Translations under genes and position numbers: made by a program | Shown: in pieces, positions 38,050 to 51,911 of the stretch | Position numbering within the stretch: the first letter of the stretch is position 1 | How the letters are laid out: each line of letters starts with the position of its first letter | DNA from: Podarcis erhardii | Lineage: Eukaryota | Length of the DNA: 64,000 nt | NCBI GenBank assembly: GCA_964252035.1 | Contig: CAXUOO010000304.1 | Reading direction: 5' to 3' (one strand) | The notes under the pieces: model-generated | The model's database searches: none | Told to the model about the DNA's origin: nothing | What the model saw: only the letters and a program-made list of their open reading frames with translations

Positions 38050-41000
38050 AATCGCTGCTGCTTAGGTTTTTGTTCCAGCTGGCATTGAGAGACCTAAGGT
38101 TGTTGTGTTGTTGCCAACTTTCTTGCTGTGAAGCTCATGCACTTAAACAATTCGCAGCTACGCGGTTTTGGTCAAGGAAAAAGCATAAAAATTCTGGATA
38201 TACTTTATGAAGTGCATGCACCAGTATACACACTATGCTGCAGCAGACGCACGTCGGCTTTTGAAGGCAACAACACCGACTTTAAGGCTGCAGGAGAAAT
38301 ATGCGCAGGTTTTGAAAAAGTAACGGGACGGGCACCTGCTGCAGCGATGTCATCTACAACCTTTCATCATAACATTTTCAGAACTAGATTGCACAAAATA
38401 AAGGTAACACGTGTTTTCAACAGCTACAGCAGGGCATGACAACAAAACAAATCAACGTCCATCCCCTTCGGAACTTCAAAGTGGCTCAGAACGCAGCTCA
38501 GCAGCAACCGGACGATCAACGATACATAGTGTCGCACAAGTCTAGGTTAAAAGTTAAAAGACGTTTTGAGAACTTCAGCACTCTGCCTGCGCAAACAGCA
38601 CCAGGTTACCAAATTAATGCACCAGGAACAACTTCGGGGCCACAGCAATCAAACAGTACGCTGTCTGCTGCGATTAATAGTATAGAAGCCCGACGTATGC
38701 TGCATAAAAAATAAATGTTCTTCCTGTAAAGCTTTATCGTGCATTTCGATTATATACAGTTTTTGAAGCGGATTGTGATACAGCAAGTGATGAGCAGCAC
38801 ATGTGACACGCAAATATGCGCGTCGTATCAGCTTTTGCGGTAGGAGCAGCAGTAGTGCTTTATGCGCGTTGCACTTGCCAGAATATAGTGCATCAAACTA
38901 TTTAAAAGTAACGCGGTTTTTCACGAGCAAATGCAGTGAAAGGAAAACGTCTGATACATGATAATGATTTGGTAAAAACAGATGTGAGCTTCTAAACATA
39001 TGTAGACGTGCATATCCACATACATTCAAGGCACTCCTTATCATCAAAAAACGGATGCGCATGTGAGCTGCGCGTGTACAGTTGTATAAATAACCGACTA
39101 CTACTGTTAGTTCACGTCATTTCTGGAGTAAGGAAAAAAAAAAGAAGCAGCTTCTCAGTCGTGGAGCCCGAACTCTTTTCGTGCTCTTGCTGCTGCTAAG
39201 GCGGCCCCTTCACTGATTGCCGTTGTTAGAGTAGAAGCAACAGCCTTCGTTGCTCCTTTCGCTGCTGATGCAGCTACTGTTATAAAGACGGGGAAAGTTT
39301 ATTAGAAAAATGCCTTGGCAAACCAGTAAATTGGCCCGAGCGCTACAAAAGTAACAGTAAGCGGAAAGATGTAGTCCATGCGCGGATCAATCTGCACGCA
39401 ACAATACCAACCACAGCAAAAGAAGCTATAACAGATTTAGCTGCACATGTTCAATAAATATAGCAGCAGAAAACAACGCAGACCGCAGCGCGCAGAAACA
39501 AAAAGATGTAAAAAACTTGAATGCCAGTGAAGAGCGTTGAGCAAACATGCGAACAAGAAAACAGTTAAAATCACAGGACATAATTTCTGAATCAGCCTGA
39601 TGATCTAATAGCAACTTTTACTCCATGAGAACTCGCCGTCATAGCAGCAGGGATCACAATGAAGCATAAGCAGGAAAAAAACAAACATTTATCCTAGCTA
39701 CTGCACTATAAAATCCACAACCAGTGGCACCTTGATCAGCTACAAAAAGTTGGAGATTCAGTGGCACCAACAACAACCGCAAGAGCAAGAACGAAAGATT
39801 ACAGCAACAATAGGTTAATAATACGGCCACAGATTCGAGGAAAAATATCAAGAACTCGGCTGCAAATAAGTGAGGAGCATAGGTCTGAAACATGGATATA
39901 TGAATATTGACAATTATTAACAGATCAACAAGCATAGCTGCGCAGAAAAGAACGAAACAACAACACGATCCGTAGTGCAGAGTTAGCAGGGTACAACCTA
40001 GAATTGAGCAGGGAATGTGACACTTCGAAGGCAAAGCAGGAGCAAGAAAGTGGCTGCAACATGCTACAACAGCAGCAACTCGATCGGCGGAAACCAGGAA
40101 TGTCCTTGTGCAACGCAACACACATTGCAAAACACGAGCCACTACCAAAACTGCAGACGCAGTGGTACCAGCTTTCGAATGAGTACAGCCTCAAGATAGC
40201 AGAAAGTATATATCACATGTTCTATAACAACAACAGAGATTAAGCAGTGAGAAAAAGCTGGCCTTAACGCGGGAAAATTGTTAAAACCAAGATAGCCATA
40301 GCACCAATAGAAAAAAATTTCCAACTACCAGCAGCAGACTAAAAAAGCAACCGCAGCACTACCTGACAGGAGCTCGCAGCAACAGCGGCATCCCGCTGAC
40401 AAGAGAAGAGACCGAAAATATACAGATGAGACCGCTGCTAGCGCTGCGCGACAGAAGGTACTTTGCTAGCAACACCAGATTCAAGAGTAGCTTACTATTC
40501 CAATAGTTCTGTATGCATATATTCACCCACATGTACATATACACATATGTACATCTACGTCTGCTTTTTTTTAAACACGTATGATCATAACGGAACAGCT
40601 ACCTGACCAAGCTAAAGAAGAGCAAAGCTAGCAAATGCAAACACACACTGCAGCTAGTAGCAACGGAGCGTCAAATGCAGCTCTCGAAGCAGGTTCGCCG
40701 AAAAGACTGAATATTTTTGCTACTGTAGGTACAAGGCAAAGCATACATGATCTCTCATTTTGCTTCCAATCGGAGGCAATCGAATACGCATGCGTCCCTC
40801 AATGCCTGCAATTGCTTCTGCTGGTCCCTCTGCTGCTTCTCTCGGTGCACGGCGAATGCCTGCAATAGGCGGTGGTGGCAGAAGCGAGCCTGCATATGCC
40901 TCTTCTTGTTGTTGTGGAACATCAGCGCCACCATACCTACCAGCAACATCACGAGCAGCGAATTGTGCTGCGTGTATCTGCAAGTGCACACGACATAAAA

Positions 41001-41300
41001 AACGGAGTAGTGTGAAAGCAACTGCAGCATTACAAACAATGGAACCAGCAGTGCTACATCCGCTGATATATATATGCGTGATTCCTTCAAAAATAAATAT
41101 GTATATATATATATATATACTTGTAAACAAATGTTTCTTGCCGAATATTGATAGCAATATATAAAAGAATATACATTGCATTCAGCTGCAGAAAGCATGC
41201 GTTATTTTGCGGCAGACAATGCATCAGCAGAAGTCACACATAATATCAACAGTGCAAAAATAGTGTGAGCAGACAACAGTAGCTGCAAAATGGTTGCAGA
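38050..41300. repeat. Ancient paralogous block, copy B
   Basis: Colinear, moderately diverged match to 13,140-16,300 (same anchors as copy A). Confidence 0.8.
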
Positions 41301-42949
41301 GAAATCAACCTATATGTTGCAGGTGCACATGACTTGCGTAGACTCCAAATCGAAAATGTCATAGACTCGCAGAAATACAGGAAGTAGAAACTACCACAGC
41401 TAGCATGCAGCAACAGGGAAGACGGTTCAGCAGCAGCAAGACCAAAGAGTGAAACCAAGTGCAGATCATCCAGGTGTACGTTGCTGCTGCAACAACTGCT
41501 GCGGAAGCACCAGTACAGATGGTTCCTGAAACTGCTGCGGTATAGCAGCAAAACACGGATACGAGAATTAGTAATAGCAGCAGCAGTGGCAGAATTGCTG
41601 AAGCGACAGTGAGAACTCACAGTCACGAACAACTCGAGACAGGATGACAAATAAAATAACTTGCATTACTCCTAAAAACACAGGCAGCCAAACGAAGTTC
41701 GCTTGCAGTGTCGAGAAAGCGTTGCTGTAATTAAGCAAGGAAGCGAGGGACGTACTTACAGAACAACTGTTAGCAGCATCACGGTGAGCCATCACACTTG
41801 CAGGTCGACAGGCTGGTAAGTCGATGTGGTAACAATCTTGCCAGTTTATCTACGCGTGTGAGTGTGTGATGGCAGGTAGACAGTTTTCGCAACAGCATCA
41901 AGGCGCTACACGAAAGTAGAAGAAAAGTGATCTTGTTGTGGGCAGCAGCAGAAGAAAGTCTTTTAAATTGATGTGTGAACTTGCACATCCGTCACTTGAC
42001 GTTGCAGCTGACTTATCAGAAAGAAACTGTTGATTACCTACGTCAGCAAACTTACCTGCGGATAAATAGCTGGTTGTATGGTTCCGGCGCTTGTCAGCTT
42101 TCCTCCGCTTTTTTCGGATGCGGTCGCACGCTTTTCTTCGCCGGAATTTCTTCGTGAAGAGTTTGCGCTTGGCGTAGTTTCTGCTGCAGCGAACGCGCGA
42201 TACTGCTGCTGATAAGGCTGCAGCAGAGGCCCCTTGCCTCTGGAGCTTCTATAAAGTGATGTGACAGCGGATGAAAAACAGAAAGTGGGCCTCACCAGCG
42301 AAGCTGGTGCATTGTTTGAAGCACCAACAACGATAGCAGCAGAAGTTTTTCTAGAACTGCTAGACAAAATTCGGCGCGGTAAAACATAAGAAGCCATTAT
42401 ACTGACTAACCAATACTATATTTGACTTTTTTTGTCGAAAAAGCCGTCAAAATACTCGGACACGAATATTGCTTCCTTGTTGATGGGGTTACTCCCTTCC
42501 GACCTTACTGTTTCTGCAACAGCTGCAAGGCTTGTGCGGCTGCGGCTGCCCACGGGATGCTGCCCCGCGGTGCTGCTGTGGAACAAAAACGTATTTAAAC
42601 GACGACGAAAATACAAGACACCTGTTCCTACAAAAAATTTCACACGTAGCGCTGCGTGCAGAGGCTGATATCAGAACTTTACACCAAGAGCCTTAACAGA
42701 AAAGCAGCAGCAACAGAAGAAAAAATAGCAACAGTGATGGAAGCAGCTAAATCAGAGCATTACGCATATTTTCTTTCTACGCACATAAAGCGGAGTTCAC
42801 GTTGCCCGCAACCGCAACGGAAACAAAAACCTCTCCGTCTTTAACAAAACGAATAGAAAAAAAAAGTTGGTTCAGAAATAGCAGGCTATTGTAGAAAGAG
42901 AAGAAAACTTTGTGTACCGCAAAAAATAATAGATTTCAATTATTCGTCG

Positions 42950-43600
42950 ACAACGACATCAGCGAACCGCATGCAAGTATAAGAAATGCGGCACGCGCCG
43001 CATCACCGTCAGAATTAGCATCAGCGGTTATAGCGGAGCAATCGGCGCAGAGATGACAGCAGGCCACCCTACTTGGAACAGATGAAACAGCAGAATGCAG
43101 CATTGAAAGAATCTCCAGCATTTGGAGCTGTAAGCAGCATCAGCATTCTTAGTTTGCTCAGCAGCAAGGACAGCCAGTATTTCAGCCGCAGCAATACTGT
43201 CAGTAGCATGAGGATAGCTGTAGCACCAAGGCGGAAAAGAAGAAAACAACGCTTAGCAGCAACAGGAGGGCTAGCGTGTATGACAGCTGTAGCAAAACTT
43301 TCAAAAGCAACAGCGGCAGCCGGGGAGACGGGAGAGCTTTGTATGCCAGTGTTGCCTCAAGTATGAAGAGTATTTTCAGGTGCGTCGACAGCCGAAGATA
43401 TGTCAGCTGCCAGCTTGCCTTCGACATTCCCATCCCATCAACATCCGGATTTCACAGCTGCAGTCGCACGGTTTTCGTCCTTGACAGCGACATCATTCAC
43501 CGCAATAACCATAGCGACAACTTCAACGCAACGGACCCAGCTGATATAATTGAGGACGCGCGTCGGCAACAGCAACAGACACTCAGGATTATGAACATGG
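42950..43600 (+). pseudogene. Possible N-terminal fragment of a related family gene (hydrophobic stretch then RRKQRLAATGG)
   Basis: ORF 43073..43366. An RRL/RLA motif after a hydrophobic stretch also appears in minus-strand fragments at ~6,900-7,000 and ~8,790-8,900. Confidence 0.25.
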
Positions 43601-43992
43601 GGTGAAGTCATACGTTTTTTTTACTTACGCAGCAGCAGCAGCAACGTCGCAGCTACATATAGCAGTCATTTCTATCCTGCTTGAAGTTGCTGACAGGGAG
43701 ATTATTCGTAAAAGAAGAAGAAACTCTACGGTGCCTATGCAGCTTCGTGAACACCACCCATCACTCAGATAAAAAAATTAACCGCTCTAGCGCAAAATTG
43801 ACCAGCCACAATCGCAGCAGTTAGACACGCTACTTAAATTTGTCCATTCCTGCACTATAACGCAGGATCATCCAACTTTGGTCATCATGGTTACGTTGTA
43901 TTTTGTACCCGTAAGCACGGTGGGATCAAGTAGTACCTCGTTCTGAGCGCACTGATTTTAGGTGAATACGGTTTTTGTTTTCGGTGAATAAG

Positions 43993-44030
<38 letters not shown>

Positions 44031-45365
44031 ATATACGTATATATATGTGGATATGATACAGAACACGTAACCTCGAAAGCTTGTTATTGTTGTAGTCGGT
44101 AGATGGAGCTATGAAGTCTCATTGAAATTGCATTTTGACAAGACGTTGAGACTAGGGCAGAAAAGCTCTTTTTTCCTTTGACGCCGGCGCAATAATCTAT
44201 GACCACCACTCACACCATATGAACCTTGGCCAAACCCGGCAAGCTCGTTTCCCGCAATTACTTCTATTTAGTTCTAACAAGTGTAGCATTTCATGCAAAG
44301 TGCTGAAAACCGCTTTGAAGGAGTGACGAAAAATTATCATGATCATGCGCTTTAAAAGATAACGTACCGCACTGGTGAACTGTAGAATCAGATCATACCT
44401 AATTTACAGGTGCAATACGGCCAATCATATCGAACACTGTGATTGGAGGAGGCGCTCAAACTCTATATGCTTGAACCTTCTTTATTCATCGTTTGAACTT
44501 GTTTCCAAGTTTCTTTTTTCGTGACGTTGAGCTCAAAGGTCACTGCTTATCTATCATTTCCCCAAGAGATTAATTTTTGTGCTAGTGAAACCGCGAAAAA
44601 CTCGTGCGCCAAAGCCCAGAGGCAAAACTGCTGTTTTTCCAGTAAAAAAAAGGATTCTTGTTGCCCCCCTGTGCGAGTAAATCCTCACTTTGAAATACAC
44701 CTTATCACTTTGATAAACACATTCCAGAATTGCATGATAACATCATTGTGCCCATTCATGCTAACGGAATACTTCCGGGGGTTCAGTTTACGAATATACG
44801 GTTGCGCCTTTGGAGTTACTACGGGCCGTATCTACAACCTGTAGGCCTCTAACAAGCGACAACGGGTGGCAAAACACGCTTGAGCTAGTAATTACCCAGC
44901 GAGAGTACGTATACTTGTGTGTTTATATTCTAATATATATATTTGCATATATATTGATATATTTGTACAAAAACAGATTAGCGGTATGATAGCCGCTTTT
45001 GTTGAGCTGTTGTATGATCTAAAACTTCATAACTGGCACTTACTAACAGGTAGCTTTATCTGGTTGGCAGTGGGCGCCTCCCACTACTCTCGCCGCTACA
45101 AGGATTTAAGGGCAAACCGGTTTTGGATACGTCACCATGCATCCGTGTAAATCCAAAACCATATGTTTGTATAGAGTCCTCCTTGTTGGTTGACACAATC
45201 AATGCGCTACAAGAAACTTTATCGCGTAGAGAAGTATATAGAATGGAGCACTCCACAAGTTTTTTTGAATATTTATCACGTACACACGTACATGATTGAT
45301 GTATAAAATCTATTCTTAGACGTTATCTGTATCCTTTTTGGCCATTTAAAAAATTGATCCGTCTT

Positions 45366-45400
<35 letters not shown>

Positions 45401-45950
45401 TATATCTATACATAAATATACATTAGAGTGTGTGAATGTAATCGTATCCAGTCTGTCGTTGACCTGTGGCTCTCTACTCTGTCTGGAGGGTCAGCGGCCA
45501 ACAGTCAGTGTTAGTCGCATGTGTAACGAGTTCCGGACTACGTATAGTAGCAACAGCAACACCAGTTGTCAAATAACTGTACGACAACGGAGGCCGCGGC
45601 AGTCAGAGCAGCGCAAGCAACGGCTCTTGTATTGCACGCAGCAACTGCAGCAAGAGCAGTACGTCCGAGTATCAGCAAAGCTAACACTGCGCGCACAGCA
45701 ACATCGGCAGCAGCTGCCTGCGTGAAGACGAAGAGTGGAAAGTGAGAATATGTAAGCACAGCTTTCTCAAATCGGTAGCTTCCCCGTTTCCTATGATGCA
45801 GCAGTACGGTTGCTGTACGCAGCAAAGCCATGGTAGAGATGACTTGCACATTCTCGATACAGGAGTCCACCACTACGAAACGAAGATATCATCAGCTACT
45901 TAGCAATCCTTGAAGTCAACTAACGCTACCGCCACCACTTACTTTACATT

Positions 45951-45993
<43 letters not shown>

Positions 45994-46989
45994 GATCATA
46001 TCAACCCGTGCTGCAGCCTAACGTATCATACGCTTCGAATATTAAATGCAGCTACGGTAACGGTGCCACCCGCAGCAGCTTGCCCGCTGCAGCAGCAGCA
46101 GTCACAGCAGAGAGGTAGGAAAATGCTCACTGACTGCAGCAGCCACTGCAGAAGATCTGTAATTCCAATTATTGTGAAAACAAACACCAGCCGTCTCAAC
46201 CCCAAGCACGAGCGAAACTTGCTGCAGCAGCAGGTACATGCACAGCTGCAGATCTGGCAGCAGTTCTTCAGTACAACAGAAGCGCAGGATACATAAGTCT
46301 CTCGAAATACCGAAGATAAAACAGATATTCGAAAAACCATATATAGAAGAGAGAGAAAACGAGCATAAGCCGTAAGGCGGCTGCTGCAACTGCGGAATAT
46401 TGCACGCAATTCGCCTTTTTCTGACGAGTTGGTCGAAAACATAAGCTACGCACTTCAAGTGTACGCAGTTATATATATCGATTTCTCAGAAAACATTGCA
46501 ACATAAAGCAACACCTCCACTTGTTACCAAACAAAATTTTCTAACCAAAAAAGTGCCGTCACGTATGTGTACTTATGCATATACGTATATATATCAGCAG
46601 CTTTATACCACTCCTACGATGTATACGGCAGAAGGATGCGTGAAACTTATACATAACTGGAAGGCACACTTCTAACTTAGACATACAAAGGTAAAAATAG
46701 GGTATATGAACCAAAAAGAGACATGCAACTGTCTATACATATATATATAAAGAGATCCATAATATACAAACGTTATCAATATATATGTATATATATCTAC
46801 CAATATATATATATATATATCTGGATGTGGAGTTGGCTCTGAGCAACTGTCACAGTATATAAACAAGACAATCCAGCGTTGCTATACAACACTGCTTAAA
46901 AAAGCACACTACCTTTCATCCGCAATACATCAACGACCACCATGCACATATATATATATATATGTATATGTTTATATTTACTGCTGAAG

Positions 46990-49100
46990 CTACTTGTATG
47001 AACTCTCGTAAAAAACATTGAATAATAGTTTTAGCAGGTCAAGAATCCACAGCAGAATTGCTTGAAAACTGAGGTCCGACGTGTCGTTGCTGCTGCAGCT
47101 GCTGACGACCGTGCTGCTGCTGTCCTCCATGAGGCCGTCGAGTTTGCAGATGGGGCTGCATTGATTCGCGAGAAGAGCAGAGAGGCCACTCCTCTTCTGA
47201 CGCTGCTGCTGTTGCTGAAGGAGCCGCAGTAGAGCGTGCGCCCTCAACAGCAAAGTCTGGCGCAGCAGTGACAGCGCCGCGATCGTTGCAACCACTACCA
47301 ACCTCACGGAGCTCTGAAGGGGAAGAGGTGGTCTTTTCATCACGTTGGGGTGATTCGTTGGTTGGAGGAGTACTGAGCAAACCCGAAGCTGCATGAGTAG
47401 AAGGTTCTTCAAGTGGCTTGAGGAAACCAGCAGCCGCCCGCAAATCGCACGCATGCGCTGCTTGGCTGCTGCTGCTAACGACAGCGCCTTCACTCGCTCG
47501 CAGCACACGAGCTCCTCTGGACTGCCAGCAGCCACCTCGCCCTCTTCCACGCAGTCCTCCACGAGCTGGCCCCGCACTAAAACTGCTGCTGTTAATGATG
47601 AAGTTGGGGCGACTGCTGCAAGGGGTGTGGTTGTCGTCGCTGTTGCTGCTGCCTCTTTTGTGGAACGCGTGCTGAAAAGCCGTCCGGTTTCTCTGCAGCA
47701 GCTTGCAACCCGTTCGGCTCTGCTTTCTCGCTGCCGTTACTGCCGCTGACAAAACTCGTCTTCTCCTGAAGAGCACCAGCAGCAGCCGCGCAGCGAAAAA
47801 GCCGCAAATTCAAGTGCTGCTGCAGCAGCTGCTGCTGCGAAGAAGTTTTCGCAGCGACTCCACTAGAGGAGCTGCTGCTGCTATTGTTGCTGTTGTTCTC
47901 ACTGCTGGGGATCAAGGAAGGAGAGCGTCTCCCACTTGCCACACTGCGCCAGCTGCGGTTTCTGCTGTGGCGCGCTGGCGTCGAGAAGGGAGTCGCATGC
48001 AGATGCTGCCGCAGCGTGTGTCTTTGCAGCTTCAGAAGTTCCTGTCTGCCGCACTGCTTTTCGCCGCCCCACTTCCAGCTCTCGCACTGCTTTCTCCGCT
48101 GCTGCTGCAGCAGACGCCAGGAGAGCAGGCCCGCTTTTTTTTTCGCTGCTGTTGATGCAGTAGTAGTGGAAGAGTCGCGTATCTGCTGGGGGTGGCGAAG
48201 TCGGCAGTCAACGCTTTGCGAGGACTGCGCACTCTGCGGTGTAAAGCAGCAGACTGCCCCTCCAAGTGCCGCTGTCGGTGCCACTGCTGCGGCGCTGGCT
48301 TCCACTGCTTCTTCTCTCGTTCCTCTCCCCCCTTCCTCTTCTCCAAACCGAGGAGCTGCTGTTCGCGCTGCTCCCGAGGACGCTGAAGCCCCCAATTCTC
48401 CGTGTTTTCTGCCACTACTGTCACTCTCAGTCCGTCGTTTTCCCCCCCTCCCCCAATAGACGACGTCTCCTCCTGCTCCTGCTGCTGCTGCTGGTGTTGG
48501 GGCCCCCCCTGTTCTTGGGTGTCCACGGTCTTGGTCTTCGGAGAAGCGGCAGTTGCTCCTCTTCCCTCAACAGCAGCAGACGGCTGCTGAAGACTGTCCA
48601 CTCTGCTGCAGAAGTGCTGCCTCACTTGTTCTCGCAGGCAGCATGCACTTGAGTGGAGGCGTGGCTGTTGCTTTCGCTGCTGTCTACCGCCTTCCTCGCT
48701 CTTCGAGAGCACTGCAGTCGTTGCGTCTTCGACTTGCTCGACAGCCCCAAGCAAAAAACACCTTCTCGACGAGTCTCCACTCCCTGCAGCTTCTTGCTGC
48801 TTTGAGGGTGGCTGCTGCTGCTGTTGCCCCAGTGGGGGAGAGCCAGAAGGGCGTTTTTTGGGCTCTTCAGCTCGCGTTTCATGGGCAGGAAAAGCAGCGC
48901 AGACGCGTGGAGTTGGTGGAACTCCTTCACTTTCTGCAGTCGAGGCTGCAGCAGCAGCAGCAGTAGTCAGCGAAGCGGGCGCAGAAGCAACGCAACAGAC
49001 AACAGCTTCTGAGGTTGCTGCTGCAGCACAGAACACAGCTGGTTCCAGCGCAGAGACAGTGCAGTCTGACGAGGCAGTCGCCGGGGAGACAAAGACACGT
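46990..49100 (-). CDS. Probable 3' continuation of the SUN gene, or a separate low-complexity gene, broken across overlapping ORFs
   Basis: Overlapping minus-strand ORFs of 334, 267, 245 and 195 aa with the same A/Q/S/E-rich composition. At least two frame hand-overs fall on C/G homopolymer runs. Confidence 0.4.
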
Positions 49101-51590
49101 GCGAAGTGTCGAAACTCGCTTCGGTCTCTGTCGAGTCGCCGCCTTCACGCTGCAAACCGAAACGCACTGGCACCTCCTCCACAGACTGCTGCTGCGCCAC
49201 CACACACTGCGTTTCTCGCTGCTGCCCGCTCCCGCTTCTTTCCTCCTCCTCCTCGTCCTTTTCCTTTTCCTTTTCCTTTTCCTTCTCCTTCTTCTTCTCC
49301 TTCTTTTCCGTGAGTGCTCCACGCTCTCGCCTCCTCTGCAACTGCAACTCTCGCTGCTGCAGTAGAAGGAGACTGCGTAGACGGCTGCACTCCACAGCAG
49401 CAGCGTGGGCCAGAGCTGCGACTTTGCGGACTCGCACACTGAGCCACGCTACGAGAAGCAGCAGCAGCACCCACAAAAGGTGCAGCGTCGACAGTTGGAG
49501 CAGCATGTGCACGTTTGAGTGCAAAGCGAGACTCACCAGCAGCAGCAGCGTCGTTGTGACGACTGTGCGCGCAGCGCTCACTAGCCAGTCGAGAGCCGCA
49601 GCACCCCACTCGCAAATCAGCAGCTGTTCGAACCACCCAGAAACTCGTTCTTCCACTTCGACTGCTTCTGCGTCTGCCCCCACGCTGCTACTACTGCAGT
49701 GCGTTGTCTGTCGTAGACGCTTCGCTCGAAGAACTCCAGCTTTCCACGCACAGCTGTTTTTGGGGACGAATTTGCTGGTGCAGAGTCGACGGGCAGCAGT
49801 AGTGAGAGACTCGCTGACCCGCGCTCCCCAGTGCAGCAGCGCCAGCAGCAGTTGCCGCAGCCACAGCCAACAAGGAGTGAACAGTTTGGAAACTGGATGA
49901 GTTGTCGCAGCAGCAGCAGCAGTAGTCGCCCAGCAGCTGTACAAGTTCTGCAGCAGCCGACGAGTAGTAAACCCACCGCCGCCACTGATGGTATTGTTGC
50001 TGCTTGCAGCGAAAACGGAGTCCCCAGATTCGCTGCTGTCGCTGCGACTGCTGCTCACTGCAGTGAAAAGGGCTGAGTCTGCTTTTCCCAACTTCCGTCG
50101 TCTCTCTTCTTCACGCTTCTCTCCCAAACTGCCTCCACGCGCTCCTCTTGCTGCTTCTCCTGCGTCGCTGGAAGCCTCTCGCTTCTGTCCTTGTTGAGCT
50201 TGATGACTAGCCGCTAACAAACAGCGCCTTCGCTGCAAAACTGCAGCGCTGTTGCGCAGACGAGTTGCAGCAGCAGCAGCAACAGCAGCAGCTGCTGCGG
50301 CAGCCCCCCCCCCACACGCGGAACTGCTGTTTTCGTCTTCTTCGTTGCTTCTTCTTCCCTCGTTGTCTGTCTGAGCTAGGCAGTCCGCTGCAGCTCCGAG
50401 TTTCGAAGAAGAAGAAGCAGCTGAAGCAGAAGCAGCAGCTGAAGCAGCAGCTGCAGCTGCTGCTGCAGCCGCAGTAGTAGCGGCGCTCACCACCGCAGCA
50501 CTACTGAGAGAGATCTCTGCGGTGGTGGTGAGGGGCCCTCCAGCAGGCTCCTCACTGCTTCCTCTTCTTCGCAGCCCGGAAAGAAGCGAAGCTGCAGCTG
50601 GGTTTCCCTCGAAGAAAACGGCTGCAGCTTCATGCTGCTCCTGCTGCAGCTCCTCCTCTTCTTCTTCTCGGAGTTGTTGCTCGACATGTCGACGCTGCTC
50701 TTCTTCTTCTTTTAGAGGCCTCGAAGCAGCAGCACACAAGCCCCTTCGCCTGCCGCTGAATTTGTTGTTGTGGTTGCTGCTGCAGCAGGCGTAGTCGCAG
50801 TAGTCGTCGTAGTAGTAGTCGTCAGTGGGTGCAGCGCCTTCTTTTCGACAAAGTGTCGAGAGAGGGTGCGTGAGAATCGCCGCAGCTTCTGCTGCAGCAG
50901 TGGCGGCTTCAGCGGCAGCCTCTGCTGCAGCTGCAGTGGCAGCTCTGAAGCGCTGCTCAGTGTCTTCGACTGCAGAGAGTTTGAGCAGCAGCGACAACTG
51001 CGGCGCAAACAGGTCGAACTGCGAAAGGCGGTGGAACAAGAAAGAAACCAGCTCCTGCAGCAGCTGCAACAGCACGCCCTGCTGCAGACTCTGCTGTCTC
51101 TGCTGCTGCAACAAAGTCCCAGTCTCCGTCAGTTTCTCGCGCAGCTGCACACCCACCTGCTCGACTGCCTTCATTCTATCCATCAGCGTCAGCAGCACGT
51201 GTCCGCCTCCTCCACTCTTCCCCGTTCCCGCCCCTCCTCCTGAAGCGCCACTGCTGTTGTTGCCTACTGCAGCTGCTGAAGAGGCCCCTCCTGCTGCTCC
51301 TGCGCTAGCTACTCCACCACTCCCATTACCTCCACTGTTTCCTCCTCCTCCTCCTGCTGCTGCTGCTGCTGTTGTTACTGCAACGCCTGCACTGCTGCGC
51401 CCTAGTGGGGCTGGTTGCTGACTCGCATGCATTGCACTGGGTGCATGTGGCTTCTCCCCGTTCTTACTTACTTGTGAGTGAAAAAGAAGGCCTCCTTTTG
51501 GTGTAGCCGTTGTGCTGCTGCTACTGCTTCCACCCGGGGCAGCGGCAGTTTCTGCAGCGAGGAGAAGCTGCGAAAAAGAAGTGCCTGGAC
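48967..51590 (-). CDS. SUN-domain gene, exon with coiled coil (HVLLTLMDRMKAVEQVGVQLREKL...) and hydrophobic/TM segment (LLLLVSLAL...LLWVLLLLLVAWLSV, ~49,435-49,570)
   Basis: Acceptor ttttgtcgtgcag| at 51591 in phase 1 reads without a stop into the 821-aa ORF 48967..51432. A coiled coil plus TM downstream of the SUN domain is the usual mid-SUN architecture. The true 3' end is uncertain (see frameshift finding). Confidence 0.72.
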
Positions 51591-51911
51591 CTGCACGACA
51601 AAAAGTCGCTTCATTTCAACGCGCATCAAAATGTGGATGTGGTTTACATAATCAGCACATGTATGACATATATATGGATATCTTGTATGTATGTATGTGG
51701 GCGGGGGCACCTCCCGTGTTACCTTTATCGAGCCTGATCAGGTGTGCAAGATATGCGCGTCTTACGTATGATTTTTTATTGATGCGTGAGTGTGTCAAAG
51801 TGGCTTCGCAGACTGAGAGAGAGAGACAGAACCGAGAAAAACGTGGAGAAGGGTGTGCAAGCCGAAGAAGAAGACACCCCCAAGAGCTTGCGAACGAGCG
51901 TTTGAACTTAC

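Noticed and set aside
39654-40148. 164-aa hydrophobic minus-strand ORF
   Set aside because: Low-complexity antisense reading of an A/C-rich block; not preserved as an ORF in the paralogous block at ~14,600-15,200.
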